Part shown: piece by piece, positions 27,505-38,794 of the stretch
Numbering within the stretch: the first letter of the stretch is position 1
Layout: every line of letters begins with the position of its first letter
Origin: an uncultured Planctomycetota bacterium
GTDB taxonomy: Bacteria; Planctomycetota; Planctomycetia; Isosphaerales; Isosphaeraceae
Reading direction: 5' to 3'
Assembly (NCBI GenBank): GCA_963737655.1
Contig: CAVTTN010000002.1
Coordinates: forward strand, 6,624,001-6,688,000
Length of the DNA: 64,000 bases
Program-made: the position numbers and the translations under genes
Notes under the pieces: generated by a model
What the model was told of the DNA's origin: nothing
Databases searched by the model: none
Seen by the model: only the letters and a program-made list of their open reading frames with translations

Positions 27505-27680
27505 AGTGCGGGGGACTCCGCCGGAGCCGTCCCCTTTTCCCTCGCCCTGACGACTCTGCAATCGCCCTGGTTCGGTGGGGGCGTTGACTTGTGAGAAGAG
27601 AGCGATTTGGTTACATTCACAGGCGAACGCGCCAGGAAATTTGCGTATTTGAACGTAGATGCCGTCGAAAGGATGGGTTC

Positions 27681-30266
27681 ATGCCTGTCGTCCACGACTC
27701 GAAGGGGCGGCGACGCGTGCGGCCGAGTGTCGAGGCCCTCGAATCGAGGAGACTCCTCGCGTCGTTCGTGGTCACGAACACGGCGGACACCGGCGATGGC
27801 TCCCTCCGGCAGGCGATCCTGGACGCCGACGCGAACCCGGGGCTCGATACCATCTCCTTCGACATCCCCGGCGGAGGCGTCCGGACGATCGCCCCGACGA
27901 CCCCTCTTCCCGACGTGACCGACCCGGCGGTCATCGACGGCACCACCGAGCCCGGATATTCCGGGACCCCTCGGATCGAGCTCGATGGCGGGAACATCTT
28001 CCTGGGCGGGCCCGAAGCCTCCGAGGACATCCCCGTCCCCAGCGTCAACGGCCTGACGCTCGCCGGGGGGGACAGCCTGGTCAAGGGGCTGGACATCAAC
28101 CGCTTCTCCGGCTACGGGATCGGCCTCTCGGGCGACGGCAACACGATCTCCGGCAATTTCCTCGGCACCGACCCGACCGGCGCCCTCGCCGAGGGCAACG
28201 GCCTGGGCGGTCTGTTCGCCGAAACCCTGAACAACCAGATCGGCGGCCCCGTCGCCTCCGATCGCAACGTGATCTCGGGCAACGACGGGTACGGGATCGT
28301 CCTGGCGTCGCAGGGGGGCATGCCTACCCACGACCAGGTCCAGGGGAATTTTATTGGGACCGACGCCACCGGCGTCAAAGACCTGGGCAACGCCTACGAC
28401 GGGATCAACATCGAATCCTCCGACAACTTGATCGGCGGCGAGTCGGCGGCCCTGGCCAACACGATCGCCTTCAACGGCCGGGTGGGCGTCCAGGTCGGCT
28501 ACTACAACATTCAAACAGGCGTGGACGGCAACGCGATCCTCGGCAATTCGATCTTCTCGGACGTCGGGCTCGGCATCGCCCTGGGATACCCGAGCCCGAT
28601 CCAGCAACCGCCGGTCGGGTCCGGCCCGAATCGGGGCATAAGTACCCCCCAACTGACCTCGGCCTATTCGGTCAACGGCGGGACGGCCGTCGAGGGCCTG
28701 TACCTGGGGACCCCGAACACGACGTATCGGATCGAGCTCTTCGCCGACACCGCGCCTGACCCCTCGGGCTACGGCCAGGGCCGGACGTTCCTCGGCGCGA
28801 CCGACGTGACCACCGACTCCTCGGGCCGGGCCGACGTCTTCGCGACCGTCCCCACCGGCTCCCTCGCCGGAGAATACCTGAGCGACACCGCGACCGACCC
28901 CCGGAACGACACCTCGGAGTTCGCCCCGACGCTCCCGATCCTCTCGGCGCCGACGGCCGACCTGTCGGCGAGCGAGGCGGGCTCCCCGATGACGATCCCG
29001 GCCGGCGGCGACATCGCCTACATCCTGTCCGCCGCGAGCGCCGGGCCGAACCGGGCCACGAACGTGACCCTGAGCGACGTCCTGCCGTCGGGGGTGACGT
29101 TCGTGTCGGCCAACCCGACCCAGGGCACCGCAACGTTCGCCAACGGGACGGTCACGGCGAACTTCGGCACGCTGGACAACGGACAGAGCGCCGGCCTGGT
29201 CCTGGTCGTCCGGCCCTCGCAGGTCCAGCCGATCACGAACACGGTGACGGTCCGGGCGGACCAGGCCGACCCGAATCCTGCGAACGACACCGCGACGGTG
29301 ACGACCACCACGCTGCCACCCCCTCCGGCGGACCTCTCCGTCCTGGTGACCGCGGCGCCTCCCGCCATTGCCCTCGGCCAGACGCTCACCTACTCCATCG
29401 CCGTGACGAATGATGGCCCGTCGCCGGCCTCCGGAGTGGTCGTCACCAACGTCCTGCCCGCCGGCTCCTCGGTGATCTCCTCCCAGAGCACGCAGGGGAG
29501 CCTCTCGACGGCCAACGGCACGATCACCGCGAGCCTGGGCCTCCTCGCGCCGGGCGCCTCGGCCCTGATCACCATCGTGGTGAAGCCGGGGGCCGAGGGG
29601 ACGGCCGTGGACTCGGCCACCGTCTCGGCCGACCAACCCGACAACAACCTCGCGAACAACACCTCGGTGCTGGCCTCGCCCGTGGCCGCCGGCCCGACGC
29701 CGGCGCCCGACACGACGGCGCCGACGGTCCTCGCCCAGAAGCTGACCCTCTCGGGCCGGGCGATCACGTCGATTGTTCTGACATATGACAAGGCGATGGC
29801 GGCGGCCACGGTCGGGAACCTGGCGAACTACACGATCCGGGATCTCGGCGCGAAGGGGACGACCTCGGCGACCGGGCCGAAGGTGCCCCTGGCCTCGGCG
29901 ACGTTCGACCCGGCGACGGAGACCGTCACCCTGGTGCCGAGGAAGCCGCTGGCGATCGGCCGGTTCTACGAGCTGATCCTCGACGGCCCGAGGACCCCCG
30001 GGATCACCGACGCCTCGGTAATCCCCCTGGACGGCGACCGCAACGGCCTGGCCGACGGCATCTATACCTCGCTCTTCGGCCGGGGGACGCCGACCCGCCC
30101 GAACTCGCTCCAGATCGGCGCGACGGTCCCCCAGCCTCCCCCGGGCTCCTCGACCACCACCACCAGGACCAGGAACAAGCTCGTCCACCACGACGAGTCC
30201 ACGACGAGGGTCTCCCCGGCCAGGGTCCACACCCCGAAGGCCCGGCATCCCCGGGCGACCGGCTGA
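27681..30266 (+). CDS. Tandem paralog of the 24593 extracellular DUF11 protein
   Basis: [11 protein letters not shown] motif; colinear with 24593-27235 over its whole length. Confidence 0.9.
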   Translation: MPVVHDSKGRRRVRPSVEALESRRLLASFVVTNTADTGDGSLRQAILDADANPGLDTISFDIPGGGVRTIAPTTPLPDVTDPAVIDGTTEPGYSGTPRIELDGGNIFLGGPEASEDIPVPSVNGLTLAGGDSLVKGLDINRFSGYGIGLSGDGNTISGNFLGTDPTGALAEGNGLGGLFAETLNNQIGGPVASDRNVISGNDGYGIVLASQGGMPTHDQVQGNFIGTDATGVKDLGNAYDGINIESSDNLIGGESAALANTIAFNGRVGVQVGYYNIQTGVDGNAILGNSIFSDVGLGIALGYPSPIQQPPVGSGPNRGISTPQLTSAYSVNGGTAVEGLYLGTPNTTYRIELFADTAPDPSGYGQGRTFLGATDVTTDSSGRADVFATVPTGSLAGEYLSDTATDPRNDTSEFAPTLPILSAPTADLSASEAGSPMTIPAGGDIAYILSAASAGPNRATNVTLSDVLPSGVTFVSANPTQGTATFANGTVTANFGTLDNGQSAGLVLVVRPSQVQPITNTVTVRADQADPNPANDTATVTTTTLPPPPADLSVLVTAAPPAIALGQTLTYSIAVTNDGPSPASGVVVTNVLPAGSSVISSQSTQGSLSTANGTITASLGLLAPGASALITIVVKPGAEGTAVDSATVSADQPDNNLANNTSVLASPVAAGPTPAPDTTAPTVLAQKLTLSGRAITSIVLTYDKAMAAATVGNLANYTIRDLGAKGTTSATGPKVPLASATFDPATETVTLVPRKPLAIGRFYELILDGPRTPGITDASVIPLDGDRNGLADGIYTSLFGRGTPTRPNSLQIGATVPQPPPGSSTTTTRTRNKLVHHDESTTRVSPARVHTPKARHPRATG

Positions 30267-31008
30267 GAGGGCTATGATTACAGATTTTCATAACTTTGTT
30301 TTTAGAAATAAGAAATATTAACGAATTGTGTGGTATCGCGGGCGCCTCGGCACGAGCGGCGAGACGGGGCCGCGGGATCGCGACGGCGCCCGGTCCCCGG
30401 CGCGGCCGACTCGGGGTTGCGGGGCGACCAGGAAGGATGGGAGGTACGCATCAACCCTGATCTTGGGCGCGAATTAGCGTTCATTGATTCGCGTCATCAA
30501 ATCTCAGGAAAACTAAGAGTCAGCAAGGGTGCCCCGCCGGGAAGTTGACAACACTTTTCGTCGAAAAATCGCGAAAAGGGCGGAAATCAGGCTGGATTCG
30601 CGTGTACAACGGCCCGTGCGCGAACCTTGTACCGCATGTTTGCATTTAAAAATGCAAAAGTCGCAAATCCCGTGATTTAGGTGGGATGCGGCGAGTCGCC
30701 GCGCGACCCGATCGGCCCGGAATGGCTCGTAAATCCCGAACACCGCGGGGCCCGCGATCCGTCCACGATTTTTCGATCGATTGCATGATCTCATCGCGAT
30801 TCGAAGCATGAAGAGTGCGAGGCCGACGGATTGGGTGATCGTCGGGGCCGCCGGTCGCGATGATCCTGGGTAAGCATCTTCCGAGAGGTTTCGACCGGAA
30901 GGATGTTGAGTGACGCGGTTTCCGAAGACGGAACCCGCGCCACCCGAGACCCTTCGGAGGAATCTCCCACCGAGAAGGAAACGACGCGAGAAGAAAGCGG
31001 CCAGGACC

Positions 31009-31036
31009 TTGACACCCCCGACCGGCGCGGTATATT
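31009..31036 (+). promoter_or_regulatory. Putative sigma70 promoter for rpsL-rpsG
   Basis: TTGACA-16 nt-TATATT, about 110 nt upstream of rpsL. Confidence 0.7.
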
Positions 31037-31146
31037 ACACGCTTCGCGACTCGTCCGAACGGGCCGGATCGTCGATCGCCCGATGGATAACCGACCAGGA
31101 ACGCATGCCCTTCCCGGGCGGCGGAGATCACGGAACGCCCGATTTT

Positions 31147-31560
31147 ATGCCCACGATCAACCAGCTCGTCCGCAAGCCGCGCCGTCCCGTGGTCTACAAG
31201 ACCAAGTCCCCGGTGCTGGAGGCCTGCCCGTTCAAGAGGGGCGTGTGCCTTCAGGTCAAGACGATGACGCCGAAGAAGCCGAACTCGGCCTTGCGGAAGG
31301 TCGCCCGCGTGCGACTCTCCAACGGCAAGGAGGTCACGGCGTACATCGGCGGCGAGGGGCACAACCTCCAGGAGCACTCGATCGTCCTGGTCCGGGGCGG
31401 CCGGGTCCGCGACCTGCCGGGCGTCCGCTACCACATCGTCCGGGGCGTCCTCGACTCCCTGGGCGTGGGCGACCGCAAGCAGGCCCGCTCCAAGTACGGG
31501 GCCCCGAAGAAGGCCGCCGCCCCCGCCAAGGGTGCCAAGGGTGGTGCCAAGAAGAAGTAA
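31147..31560 (+). CDS. rpsL: 30S ribosomal protein S12
   Basis: [20 protein letters not shown] and DLPGVRYH motifs. Confidence 0.99.
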   Translation: MPTINQLVRKPRRPVVYKTKSPVLEACPFKRGVCLQVKTMTPKKPNSALRKVARVRLSNGKEVTAYIGGEGHNLQEHSIVLVRGGRVRDLPGVRYHIVRGVLDSLGVGDRKQARSKYGAPKKAAAPAKGAKGGAKKK

Positions 31561-31646
31561 CCCACGGACCGGATTGACCCCTCCCGACCTCCGAAGAAGG
31601 CCGACGGCCCGTCCCGACCCGGGCCGTCGTCGAGGACGCCGCTGAC

Positions 31647-32120
31647 ATGGCCCGCAAGTTCACCGCCAGCAAGGCCCAGCTCAAGCCCGACCCCCGCTTC
31701 GGCTCGAAGCTGGCCAGCAAGTTCATCAACTGCCTGATGCGCGACGGCAAAAAATCCGTGGCCCAGCGCGTCTTCTACGAGGCCATGGACCTCATCGAGA
31801 AGCGCCTGCCCAACGAGAACCCGATCGACGTCTTCACCCGGGCCGTCGAGAACGTGATGCCCGTCATCGAGGTCCGCTCCAAGAGGGTAGGCGGCGCCAC
31901 GTATCAGGTCCCGATGCAGGTCCGCAAGAACCGCCAGCAGACCCTGGCCATCCGCTGGGTCCTGCTCTCCGCCCGCGAGAAGAAGGGCCGGCCGATGGCC
32001 ATCAAGCTCTCCGACGAGCTCCTGGCCGCCTACAACCGCGAAGGCGCCGCGATCTCCAAGAGGGAGAACGTCCACCGGATGGCCGACGCCAACAAGGCGT
32101 TCGCCCACTTCGCCTGGTAA
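31647..32120 (+). CDS. rpsG: 30S ribosomal protein S7
   Basis: [16 protein letters not shown] and [13 protein letters not shown] motifs. Confidence 0.99.
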   Translation: MARKFTASKAQLKPDPRFGSKLASKFINCLMRDGKKSVAQRVFYEAMDLIEKRLPNENPIDVFTRAVENVMPVIEVRSKRVGGATYQVPMQVRKNRQQTLAIRWVLLSAREKKGRPMAIKLSDELLAAYNREGAAISKRENVHRMADANKAFAHFAW

Positions 32121-32215
32121 GCCCCTCGGATCGCGAATCCCCCCAAAATTCCCCGGGCCGAGCGATGCCCACGCATCGCTCGGCCCGTCCGCGCCTCTCG
32201 CGGAGGCCCTCGTCG

Positions 32216-32728
32216 ATGGCGACCGCGTCCTTGCCGAAGGCGGAACAGGTCCTCGCCATGCCCGATGACGGCGTCGAGCGAGAACTGATCCGCGGCGAAT
32301 TGCGCGAGAAGCCCAGGACGAGGCGCAATCGGAAGCACAGCAGGGCCACCACCCGGGTCGCCCGTTTCCTCGATGATTGGCTCGACACCCAGCCGGAACC
32401 CCGGGGCGAGGTCGTTTCCGGCGAGGCGGGGTTCGCCCTCTCCCGCGATCCCGACTCGGGCGTGGGGATCGATGTGGCCTACGTCTCGGCCGATCTGGCC
32501 GTCGAGATCCTCTCGCCCAGCGACCGGCAGGAAGAGATCGACCACAAGATGGCACTCTACCTGGAATCGGGAGTGGGGCTGGTCTGGGTCCTGAATCCTC
32601 GACACCGGACGGTGATCGTCCACCGGCCCGGCGCGGAGCCGGTCCTGTTCAACGCCTCCCAGGAGTTGACCGCCGAGCCCATCCTGCCCGGCTTCCGGGT
32701 GGCGGTCGCCGACCTGTTCGGGCGATGA
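32216..32728 (+). CDS. Uma2 family endonuclease, apparently with an internal deletion
   Basis: ELIRGELRE, GIDVAYVS, LAVEILSPSD and LPGFRVAVADLF motifs; the linker between DVAYVS and LAVE is unusually short. Confidence 0.85.
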   Translation: MATASLPKAEQVLAMPDDGVERELIRGELREKPRTRRNRKHSRATTRVARFLDDWLDTQPEPRGEVVSGEAGFALSRDPDSGVGIDVAYVSADLAVEILSPSDRQEEIDHKMALYLESGVGLVWVLNPRHRTVIVHRPGAEPVLFNASQELTAEPILPGFRVAVADLFGR

Positions 32729-32773
32729 GACCACCGCCCCCGACCGCCTGGGGCCGGGGGCGGCGCCTCGGCG

Positions 32774-34369
32774 TCACTTCTTCGTCGCGTGGTGGTCGAC
32801 CTTCGAGACCTTCACGACGTGCTGGGAGACCGTCACCCCGTTGACCTGGGTGGCCGTCCCGTAGAACGCCCCGCCGTTCATCCGCGAGTCCAGGGCCTGG
32901 AGGAAGGCCAGGACCGCCTCGCGATCGGTCATCGGCGCCGCGGCCGTGGCGACCTTGGCCTTCTTGCCGTGGGCGCCGACGGCCGTGGTCTTCAGCGTGT
33001 ACTTCTGCTGGAACACGTAGTTGCCCGACTGGAACTTCATCGCCATGGCGGCCGTGCCGTTGCCGGGATGGGTGTAGGTCGTCGTCGACCCTCCGGCGGA
33101 CGTCGTGGTCCCCAGGAGGAGCTGCGCCCCGGCCAGGTGGGTGTAGTCGGCCGGGACCAGGTCGCTCGTCTCCAGCGCCTTGAGGTTCGGGTCGGAGGTC
33201 GAGCTCGCCAGGCTCTGGTCGGCCATCAAGGCCATGGAGTGCGACTGCACGTTGATGTTCAGGTACGTCGATTCCAGGCTCGTCAGGTTGTTCGAAGACG
33301 AGGAGCTCGACGAACCCGAGGTGGACCCCGTCGTGTTCAGGACTGCCAGGAGCTGCTTGAGGTAGGTCACGTCGGTCGCGCTGGAGACCCCGGGCTGGAG
33401 GGTTACCCCTCGGGAGGCGGCCACCTCCTCGATCATCTTGTTCGCGCCGGTGTGGTCGGCCAGGAGCTGCTGGGCGTAGTACTTGACGTTCTGGTTCGTG
33501 CTCAGGAGGTTGATGATCTGGGAATCGACGAGCTGGAGGTTGCCCATCGAGTACGCGGCCTGGAGGCCCTGGGCGTCGCTGGTGGGCAAGGTCACGGCGG
33601 GGGTCGTCGAGCTGGTCGAGCTCGTGGTGCCGGTGGTCCCCGTCGTCGAGCTCCCGCCGACCGGCACGACGACCACCCCTCCGCCGCTGCCGGAGTAGGT
33701 CGGGAAGGTCGTGGAGCCGTTGAGGAGGTTCTGGGCGCCGCTCAGGTGGACCTGGTCCTCGGCGACCTGCTGCTGGGTGAAGTTGCGGACGTCGGTGTCC
33801 GAGGTGCTGGAGGCTTCCTGGTTGCCCTGGGTGATGTCGTTGGAGTTGAGCTGGGACATCGCCTGGAGGTAGGCGGTATCGAACCCCGAGGTGTTCACGG
33901 CGCCGAGGACCGTCTTCATCAGGCCGACGTCGGTGGCGTCGGTGATCTGGGTGGGCAGGACCACGTTCTTGGCCATGGCCAGGAGGCCGAGCTGGGTGTT
34001 CGACGTCTGGTGATCGCTGACGAGCTGCTTGGCGTAGGACTGGACCTCGGGCCGAGTGGCCACCTGCGAGGCGATCGTCGACAGGATGAACTCGGTCATC
34101 CCGCCCTGGAGGTCACCCTGGAGGGCCGTGACGTCGCTGTTGGGCAGCGAGGTCGGGTTGACCGGCGGATTGCCCTGGGTGGTCGTCGTGGCGGAGGTCG
34201 TCCCCGTGCTGCCGGTCGTCGTCGCGGTGCTGCCCGTCGTCGCCAGGGCCGTGGCCTTGTGCGCCGCCTTGTGGACGACGTGACGGGCGATGGGGACGTG
34301 GGCCGTGGAGAGCAGCGTCTTCTCTTCGAGGGCTTCGAGGCTCAGGTGCCGCTTCGAGTTGCGTCGCAT
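32774..34369 (-). CDS. Planctomycete extracellular protein with two DUF4142-like (ferritin-like) domains
   Basis: LEALEEKTLLS motif; YAKQLVSDH and YAQQLLADH repeats, FDTAYLQAM; Thr/Ser linkers. Confidence 0.82.
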   Translation of the reverse strand: MRRNSKRHLSLEALEEKTLLSTAHVPIARHVVHKAAHKATALATTGSTATTTGSTGTTSATTTTQGNPPVNPTSLPNSDVTALQGDLQGGMTEFILSTIASQVATRPEVQSYAKQLVSDHQTSNTQLGLLAMAKNVVLPTQITDATDVGLMKTVLGAVNTSGFDTAYLQAMSQLNSNDITQGNQEASSTSDTDVRNFTQQQVAEDQVHLSGAQNLLNGSTTFPTYSGSGGGVVVVPVGGSSTTGTTGTTSSTSSTTPAVTLPTSDAQGLQAAYSMGNLQLVDSQIINLLSTNQNVKYYAQQLLADHTGANKMIEEVAASRGVTLQPGVSSATDVTYLKQLLAVLNTTGSTSGSSSSSSSNNLTSLESTYLNINVQSHSMALMADQSLASSTSDPNLKALETSDLVPADYTHLAGAQLLLGTTTSAGGSTTTYTHPGNGTAAMAMKFQSGNYVFQQKYTLKTTAVGAHGKKAKVATAAAPMTDREAVLAFLQALDSRMNGGAFYGTATQVNGVTVSQHVVKVSKVDHHATKK

Positions 34370-34693
34370 CTTGGAACTCCGAGTGTCGAGGCCGATCTCC
34401 GCGCGGACCGCGTCCTCGGCCCGGTCTGCTCCGGGGCCGGTCGGGTTACGGGAGGTTTCCTGGACGGAATGGTCTTTCGGGGGGGTGGGCGGACGGGCCG
34501 CTCGCCGAAGCAAGCTCGATGCCAAATCCAGGCTTGTCGACTCATCGCCGTGGCAAAGATCGGCAAGTTCTCGGGTTAGACACGAGAGAGCCCGCCTCGC
34601 GAAGCCGGGGCGGGCGGGCGAAGCTGGGGGGTGGGCCCGAGTTTGCCGTCGGACTTCCTCGCGATAGGAAGAACGTCGCGCGTCCCCCGGCGG

Positions 34694-35776
34694 TCAGAGG
34701 ACCGGGGACGGAGGCCCGGTCGGGCCGGTCGCGGAGGGTCGGCCCGGCGCCATCGCCGGAGGGCGGCAGCAGTCGACGGGGCAGACGTCGTGGCTCGGAC
34801 CGTCCCGGCCGATCGCCCGGCGATCCTCGGCCCGGCCGATCCTCTCGGCGATCAGCTCGCGGAGCATCCCGACGAACTGCGGGTCGGTGCCGACGGTCCC
34901 GGCGCGGACCATCCCGATCCCCAGCTCCTCGGCCTTGTGGCGGGCCTCGTCGTCGAGGTCGTAGAGCACTTCCATGTGGTCGGAGAGGAACCCCACCGGC
35001 TGGATCACCACGTCGGCCACGCCTCGGGCCTTCAAATCGGCGAGGTGGTCGAGGATGTCCGGTTCGAGCCAGGGGTCTTGCGGCCTCCCGCTCCGGCTCT
35101 GATAGACGAGCTTCCAGCGGTCCGGGCCGATCCCGAGCGACTCGGCCACGAGCCGGCACGTCTCGGTCAACTGCGCCTCGTAGTTGCAGTTCGCCGCCAT
35201 TGAGGACGGGATGCTGTGCGCGGTGAAGGCGACGTGGGCCGCGTCGCGACGCTCTGCGGGGAGGCCATCCAGCCCCTCGCGCACCCTCTTCGCGTTGGAG
35301 GCGACGAAGTCCGGGTGGTTGTAGAAGACCCTCATCTTCTCGAATGTCGGGGCCCCGTCGCCCACGGCCTCCCGAGCCTTCTCGACGTCCTCGCGATACT
35401 GTCGGCAGCTCGAATAGGAGCTGTACGCGGCCAGGACGACGGCCAGGGCGTGAGTCACGCCGTCGGCCTTCATCCGGGCCATCGTGTCGGCGAGCATCGG
35501 GTGCCAGTTGCGGTTGCCCCAGTACACGGGCAGGTCGATCCCATGGCGCCGGAGCTCGGGCGAGAGCGCGGCGATCAGGTCGCGGACCTGCGCGTTGATC
35601 GGGCTGATGCCGTCGAAATGGTAATAATGCTCGGCGACCTGGAGCATCCGTTCGCGGGGGACGTTGCGCCCTCGGAGGACGTTCTCCAGGAACGGGAGGA
35701 CGTCCTCCCGCCGCTCGGGTCCGCCGAAGCCGACGATCAGGAGGGCGTCAAAGGCGGGGGGAGGGGTCGGCGTCAT
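34694..35776 (-). CDS. hemH: Ferrochelatase
   Basis: GFGGPE, GISPIN, FTAHSIP, YQSRSG..WLEP and GFLSDHMEVLYDLD motifs. Confidence 0.96.
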   Translation of the reverse strand: MTPTPPPAFDALLIVGFGGPERREDVLPFLENVLRGRNVPRERMLQVAEHYYHFDGISPINAQVRDLIAALSPELRRHGIDLPVYWGNRNWHPMLADTMARMKADGVTHALAVVLAAYSSYSSCRQYREDVEKAREAVGDGAPTFEKMRVFYNHPDFVASNAKRVREGLDGLPAERRDAAHVAFTAHSIPSSMAANCNYEAQLTETCRLVAESLGIGPDRWKLVYQSRSGRPQDPWLEPDILDHLADLKARGVADVVIQPVGFLSDHMEVLYDLDDEARHKAEELGIGMVRAGTVGTDPQFVGMLRELIAERIGRAEDRRAIGRDGPSHDVCPVDCCRPPAMAPGRPSATGPTGPPSPVL

Positions 35777-35855
35777 GGTCGGTCCGTGGAAGGAGGGGAT
35801 CGCAACTCCTCTCCGTTGTAGGCCCCGAATCGGCGATCGCAAGCCCCGGCCCGGC

Positions 35856-36416
35856 CTAATCGTTGTGGCGCTCTCGGAGGCGGGGGGAGAGCCGCAAGAC
35901 GAGCTGGGCCCGTTCGAACTCGTCGAGCCATTCGGCCGCGACGGTCGCCGTGACGTCGTCCGATGGGGGGACGATCCCGGTCGGGCAGCTCGGCCCGAGC
36001 TGCTCGGCGGCGAGCTGGCGGTATCGCGACGCCGTGCGATCGCCGTATCGCGCGACCTCCTCGAAATCCTCGCTGAGGAAGACCACCATCGGCACCCGGT
36101 TGCCGCCGTTCATCTTCAGGGCACCCTTGACGTCCTCCCGGGCGTCGCGGTCGAGGAACTTCAGCTCGATCGAGGGCGACTCGGCGGCGAGATGGTCGAA
36201 AATCGGGCACTGGTTGATGCAGTCGCCGCACCACGCCCCGTTCAGGACGAGCACCGGCATCCTCCTCTTGAACCCGCCGAGGACGGCCTTCTGCTCGGAG
36301 GTCAGGGCGACCCGGGCATGCATCGCGTCCCACCGCTTCCTCTGCTCGGCCGAGGCGTAGCGGTCGAGGAATTCCAGGTACGTCAGCGACTCGGCGAACA
36401 CGGCGGACCAGTCCAT
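35856..36416 (-). CDS. Thioredoxin family protein
   Basis: AWCGDC active-site motif and NGGNRVP. Confidence 0.9.
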   Translation of the reverse strand: MDWSAVFAESLTYLEFLDRYASAEQRKRWDAMHARVALTSEQKAVLGGFKRRMPVLVLNGAWCGDCINQCPIFDHLAAESPSIELKFLDRDAREDVKGALKMNGGNRVPMVVFLSEDFEEVARYGDRTASRYRQLAAEQLGPSCPTGIVPPSDDVTATVAAEWLDEFERAQLVLRLSPRLRERHND

Positions 36417-36525
36417 GAATCCTCCCCGATCGAGAAAACCCGGAGCGAAGGCGAGACCGCTCCCCGGGGCGAATCATTCTAGGCCCCAGGGCCGTCGGGA
36501 ACGCGGATTTCGAGCCAATCTCCCA

Positions 36526-36747
36526 CTACGTGGAACGTCCGGCGGTCGCGGGATGGGTCGGGGGAGGGGCCGGGGACCGCCACTCGATCGAAAAATCGCC
36601 GTCCTTCGCGAACTTCTCGATCTCCTCGCGGGTTTGAGGGATCTCGACGCCCGAGATCTCGCGATAGTTCCCGCTCCCGGACCGCTTCCAGTTCACCTCC
36701 GAACCGAACCAGCGGCCACCGGCCTGATAAACAATAAGGCACTTCAC
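36526..36747 (-). CDS. Possible small hypothetical protein
   Basis: GTG start, (M)KCLIVYQAGGRWFGSEVNW..; protein-like composition; co-oriented with neighbours. Confidence 0.4.
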   Translation of the reverse strand: MKCLIVYQAGGRWFGSEVNWKRSGSGNYREISGVEIPQTREEIEKFAKDGDFSIEWRSPAPPPTHPATAGRST

Positions 36748-36760
36748 GAAAAAGGCCCCC

Positions 36761-36801
36761 ATCGGGTGGATGAAACAATCGTCGGGTGCATGAAATGCAC
36801 C
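36761..36801. repeat. REP-like units (one intact, one degenerate)
   Basis: GTCGGGTGCATGAAATGCACC at 36781-36801, preceded by ATCGGGTGGATGAAA at 36761. Confidence 0.65.
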
Positions 36802-36864
36802 AACCCCGCGGCGGCCAACGGCCGCCCACCTGATCCCTCTCGCCTCCGCACTCCGAAGCACTCC

Positions 36865-38739
36865 TCATTCCCCATCGGCGACCGCATTCATCGGCGCCTC
36901 GTCGGCCCGCAACGCCTCGATCTGATTCGAATACGCGGCGACCAGCTCCCGGCGGCTGAGGAGGCCGACGAGATGGCCGGGGTCGTCGGGATCGACCACG
37001 GGGATTTCCTCCAGGTTCAGGCCGGTCAAGCGACGGAGGGCGGTGTGGAGGTCGTCCCTCGGCGTGACGGTGACCACCGGCCGGGTCGCCAGGTCGTCGG
37101 CCAGGACGAGCGAGCCCAGATGCGACCCGAGCAGGGCCATTCGGAGGTCTCTCAGCGAAAAAATCCCGGTGAACCGATTGGCCGAATCGACCACCGGGAA
37201 CAGCGTCTCGGGCGAGTTCGCCACGATCCGCACGACCTGATCGAACGGCAGGGCCTCGGGCACCCGCTCGATCCCCTCGACCCGGATGCGGACGTCCTTG
37301 ACCTTGATCCTCTCCAAAACATCGACGACGAAATCTCCCTGATGCGCCGGGCTGTCGATCGGGCTGGGCACCTGTTCTTCGTACAGGGTCCAGCCGCGAG
37401 ACAGGGCGACGTTCAACCCGCAGACGAGCATCAACGGGACGAGCAGGCGGTAGTGGCCGGTCATCTCGCAGACCATCACGATCGACGCCAGAGGGGTCTT
37501 GGACACCCCGGCGAAGAACCCGCCCATGCCGACCAGGGCGAAGGCGGCCGGGTCGATCAGGTCGCCCCGGGGCAAGAATTCCCGGAAGAACTGGCCGGCC
37601 GCCCCGCCGAGCATCCCCCCGATGAAGACCGACGGCCCGAACACGCCTCCGCTCCCTCCGGAGCTGATCGTCAACCCGGTGGAGACGATCTTCATCAGCG
37701 CGAGCAGGGCGAGCATCCGGAAGCCCATCTGAGGGACGAACGGGCGGACCCCCGGCCCGAACGGCATGGCGCCCTCGCGGAAGAACTCCGAGGGCATGCC
37801 GATCGCCCCCCACTGGACCCATCCATAGCCGCCGGTCATCAATTCCGGGAGGGCCAGGGCCATCAACCCCAGGAGGAACCCGCCGACGGCCGGCTTGACG
37901 TGCCGGGGGATCGGCATCGGGTGGAAGAACCTGTCGCGGAGGCCGTAGAACACCTTCACATACAGCCAGCCCACCGCCGCGCACAGGAAGGCGAAGATCG
38001 TGAACAGGGGGATCTCGCGGAACCCGTGGAAGGCCAGGTCCGGGACGATGAAGATCGGCTGGGGCGTGATGAACAGGGCGAACGTCGAATAGGCGACGAT
38101 CGAGCTGGCCAGGCAGGGGAGCAGGGCGACGGATTCGGTGGCGGTCGTCGCGTACAGGACCTCCCCGGCGAACAACGCCCCGCCCAGGGGGGCGCGGAAG
38201 ATCGCGCCGATGCCCCCGGCGGCGCCGGAGAGCATGAGCAACCGCCGTTCGCCCGGGGTGAGCTTCAGGAGCCGGGCCAGGGCCGAGCCGAACCCGGCGC
38301 CGATCTGCGCGATCGGCCCTTCCTGGCCGGCCGATCCGCCGGAACCGATGGTGATGACCGACGCCACGGCCTTGATAATCGGCACCCGGCCGCGGATCTG
38401 CCCGCCCCCTCGGTGGAAGGCGCGGACCAGGGCGTCGGTGCCGTGCCCCTCGGCCTCGGGGGCGAGCGAGAAGACGATCAGGCCCGAGATCAGGCCGCCG
38501 ATGGTCGGCACGAGCAGGACGAGCCACCAGGGATGGGGCGAGGTGACCGGCCCGGCCGAACCCTCGCCCGTCGGCGGCATGTGGAAGCCCAGGAGGCCGC
38601 CCAGGAGCACCCGTTGGGTGGCATCCAGCGCGAGCAGGAAGGCGACGGCTCCGAGGCCGGCGACCATCCCGACGACCGGGCTGCACACCGTCGCCCGGCC
38701 CGTGCCTGGGGTGGCCCAGCGGGTGACCAGGCGGTTCAA
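36865..38739 (-). CDS. ClC family chloride channel/antiporter with C-terminal CBS pair
   Basis: EAEGHGTD, GGSAGQEGP, FRAPLGG and GGSGGVFGP motifs; CBS-type FPVVD and IPVVD. Confidence 0.94.
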   Translation of the reverse strand: MNRLVTRWATPGTGRATVCSPVVGMVAGLGAVAFLLALDATQRVLLGGLLGFHMPPTGEGSAGPVTSPHPWWLVLLVPTIGGLISGLIVFSLAPEAEGHGTDALVRAFHRGGGQIRGRVPIIKAVASVITIGSGGSAGQEGPIAQIGAGFGSALARLLKLTPGERRLLMLSGAAGGIGAIFRAPLGGALFAGEVLYATTATESVALLPCLASSIVAYSTFALFITPQPIFIVPDLAFHGFREIPLFTIFAFLCAAVGWLYVKVFYGLRDRFFHPMPIPRHVKPAVGGFLLGLMALALPELMTGGYGWVQWGAIGMPSEFFREGAMPFGPGVRPFVPQMGFRMLALLALMKIVSTGLTISSGGSGGVFGPSVFIGGMLGGAAGQFFREFLPRGDLIDPAAFALVGMGGFFAGVSKTPLASIVMVCEMTGHYRLLVPLMLVCGLNVALSRGWTLYEEQVPSPIDSPAHQGDFVVDVLERIKVKDVRIRVEGIERVPEALPFDQVVRIVANSPETLFPVVDSANRFTGIFSLRDLRMALLGSHLGSLVLADDLATRPVVTVTPRDDLHTALRRLTGLNLEEIPVVDPDDPGHLVGLLSRRELVAAYSNQIEALRADEAPMNAVADGE

Positions 38740-38794
38740 GAGCCGGCCGACCCGGCCTCGAACTCGGGACGAGGAGGGCGGGGGGGAGATTCGG

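Noticed and set aside
24593..30266. Diversity-generating retroelement template and variable repeats
   Set aside because: Similarity spans both whole genes, differences are not adenine-specific, and no reverse transcriptase is present.
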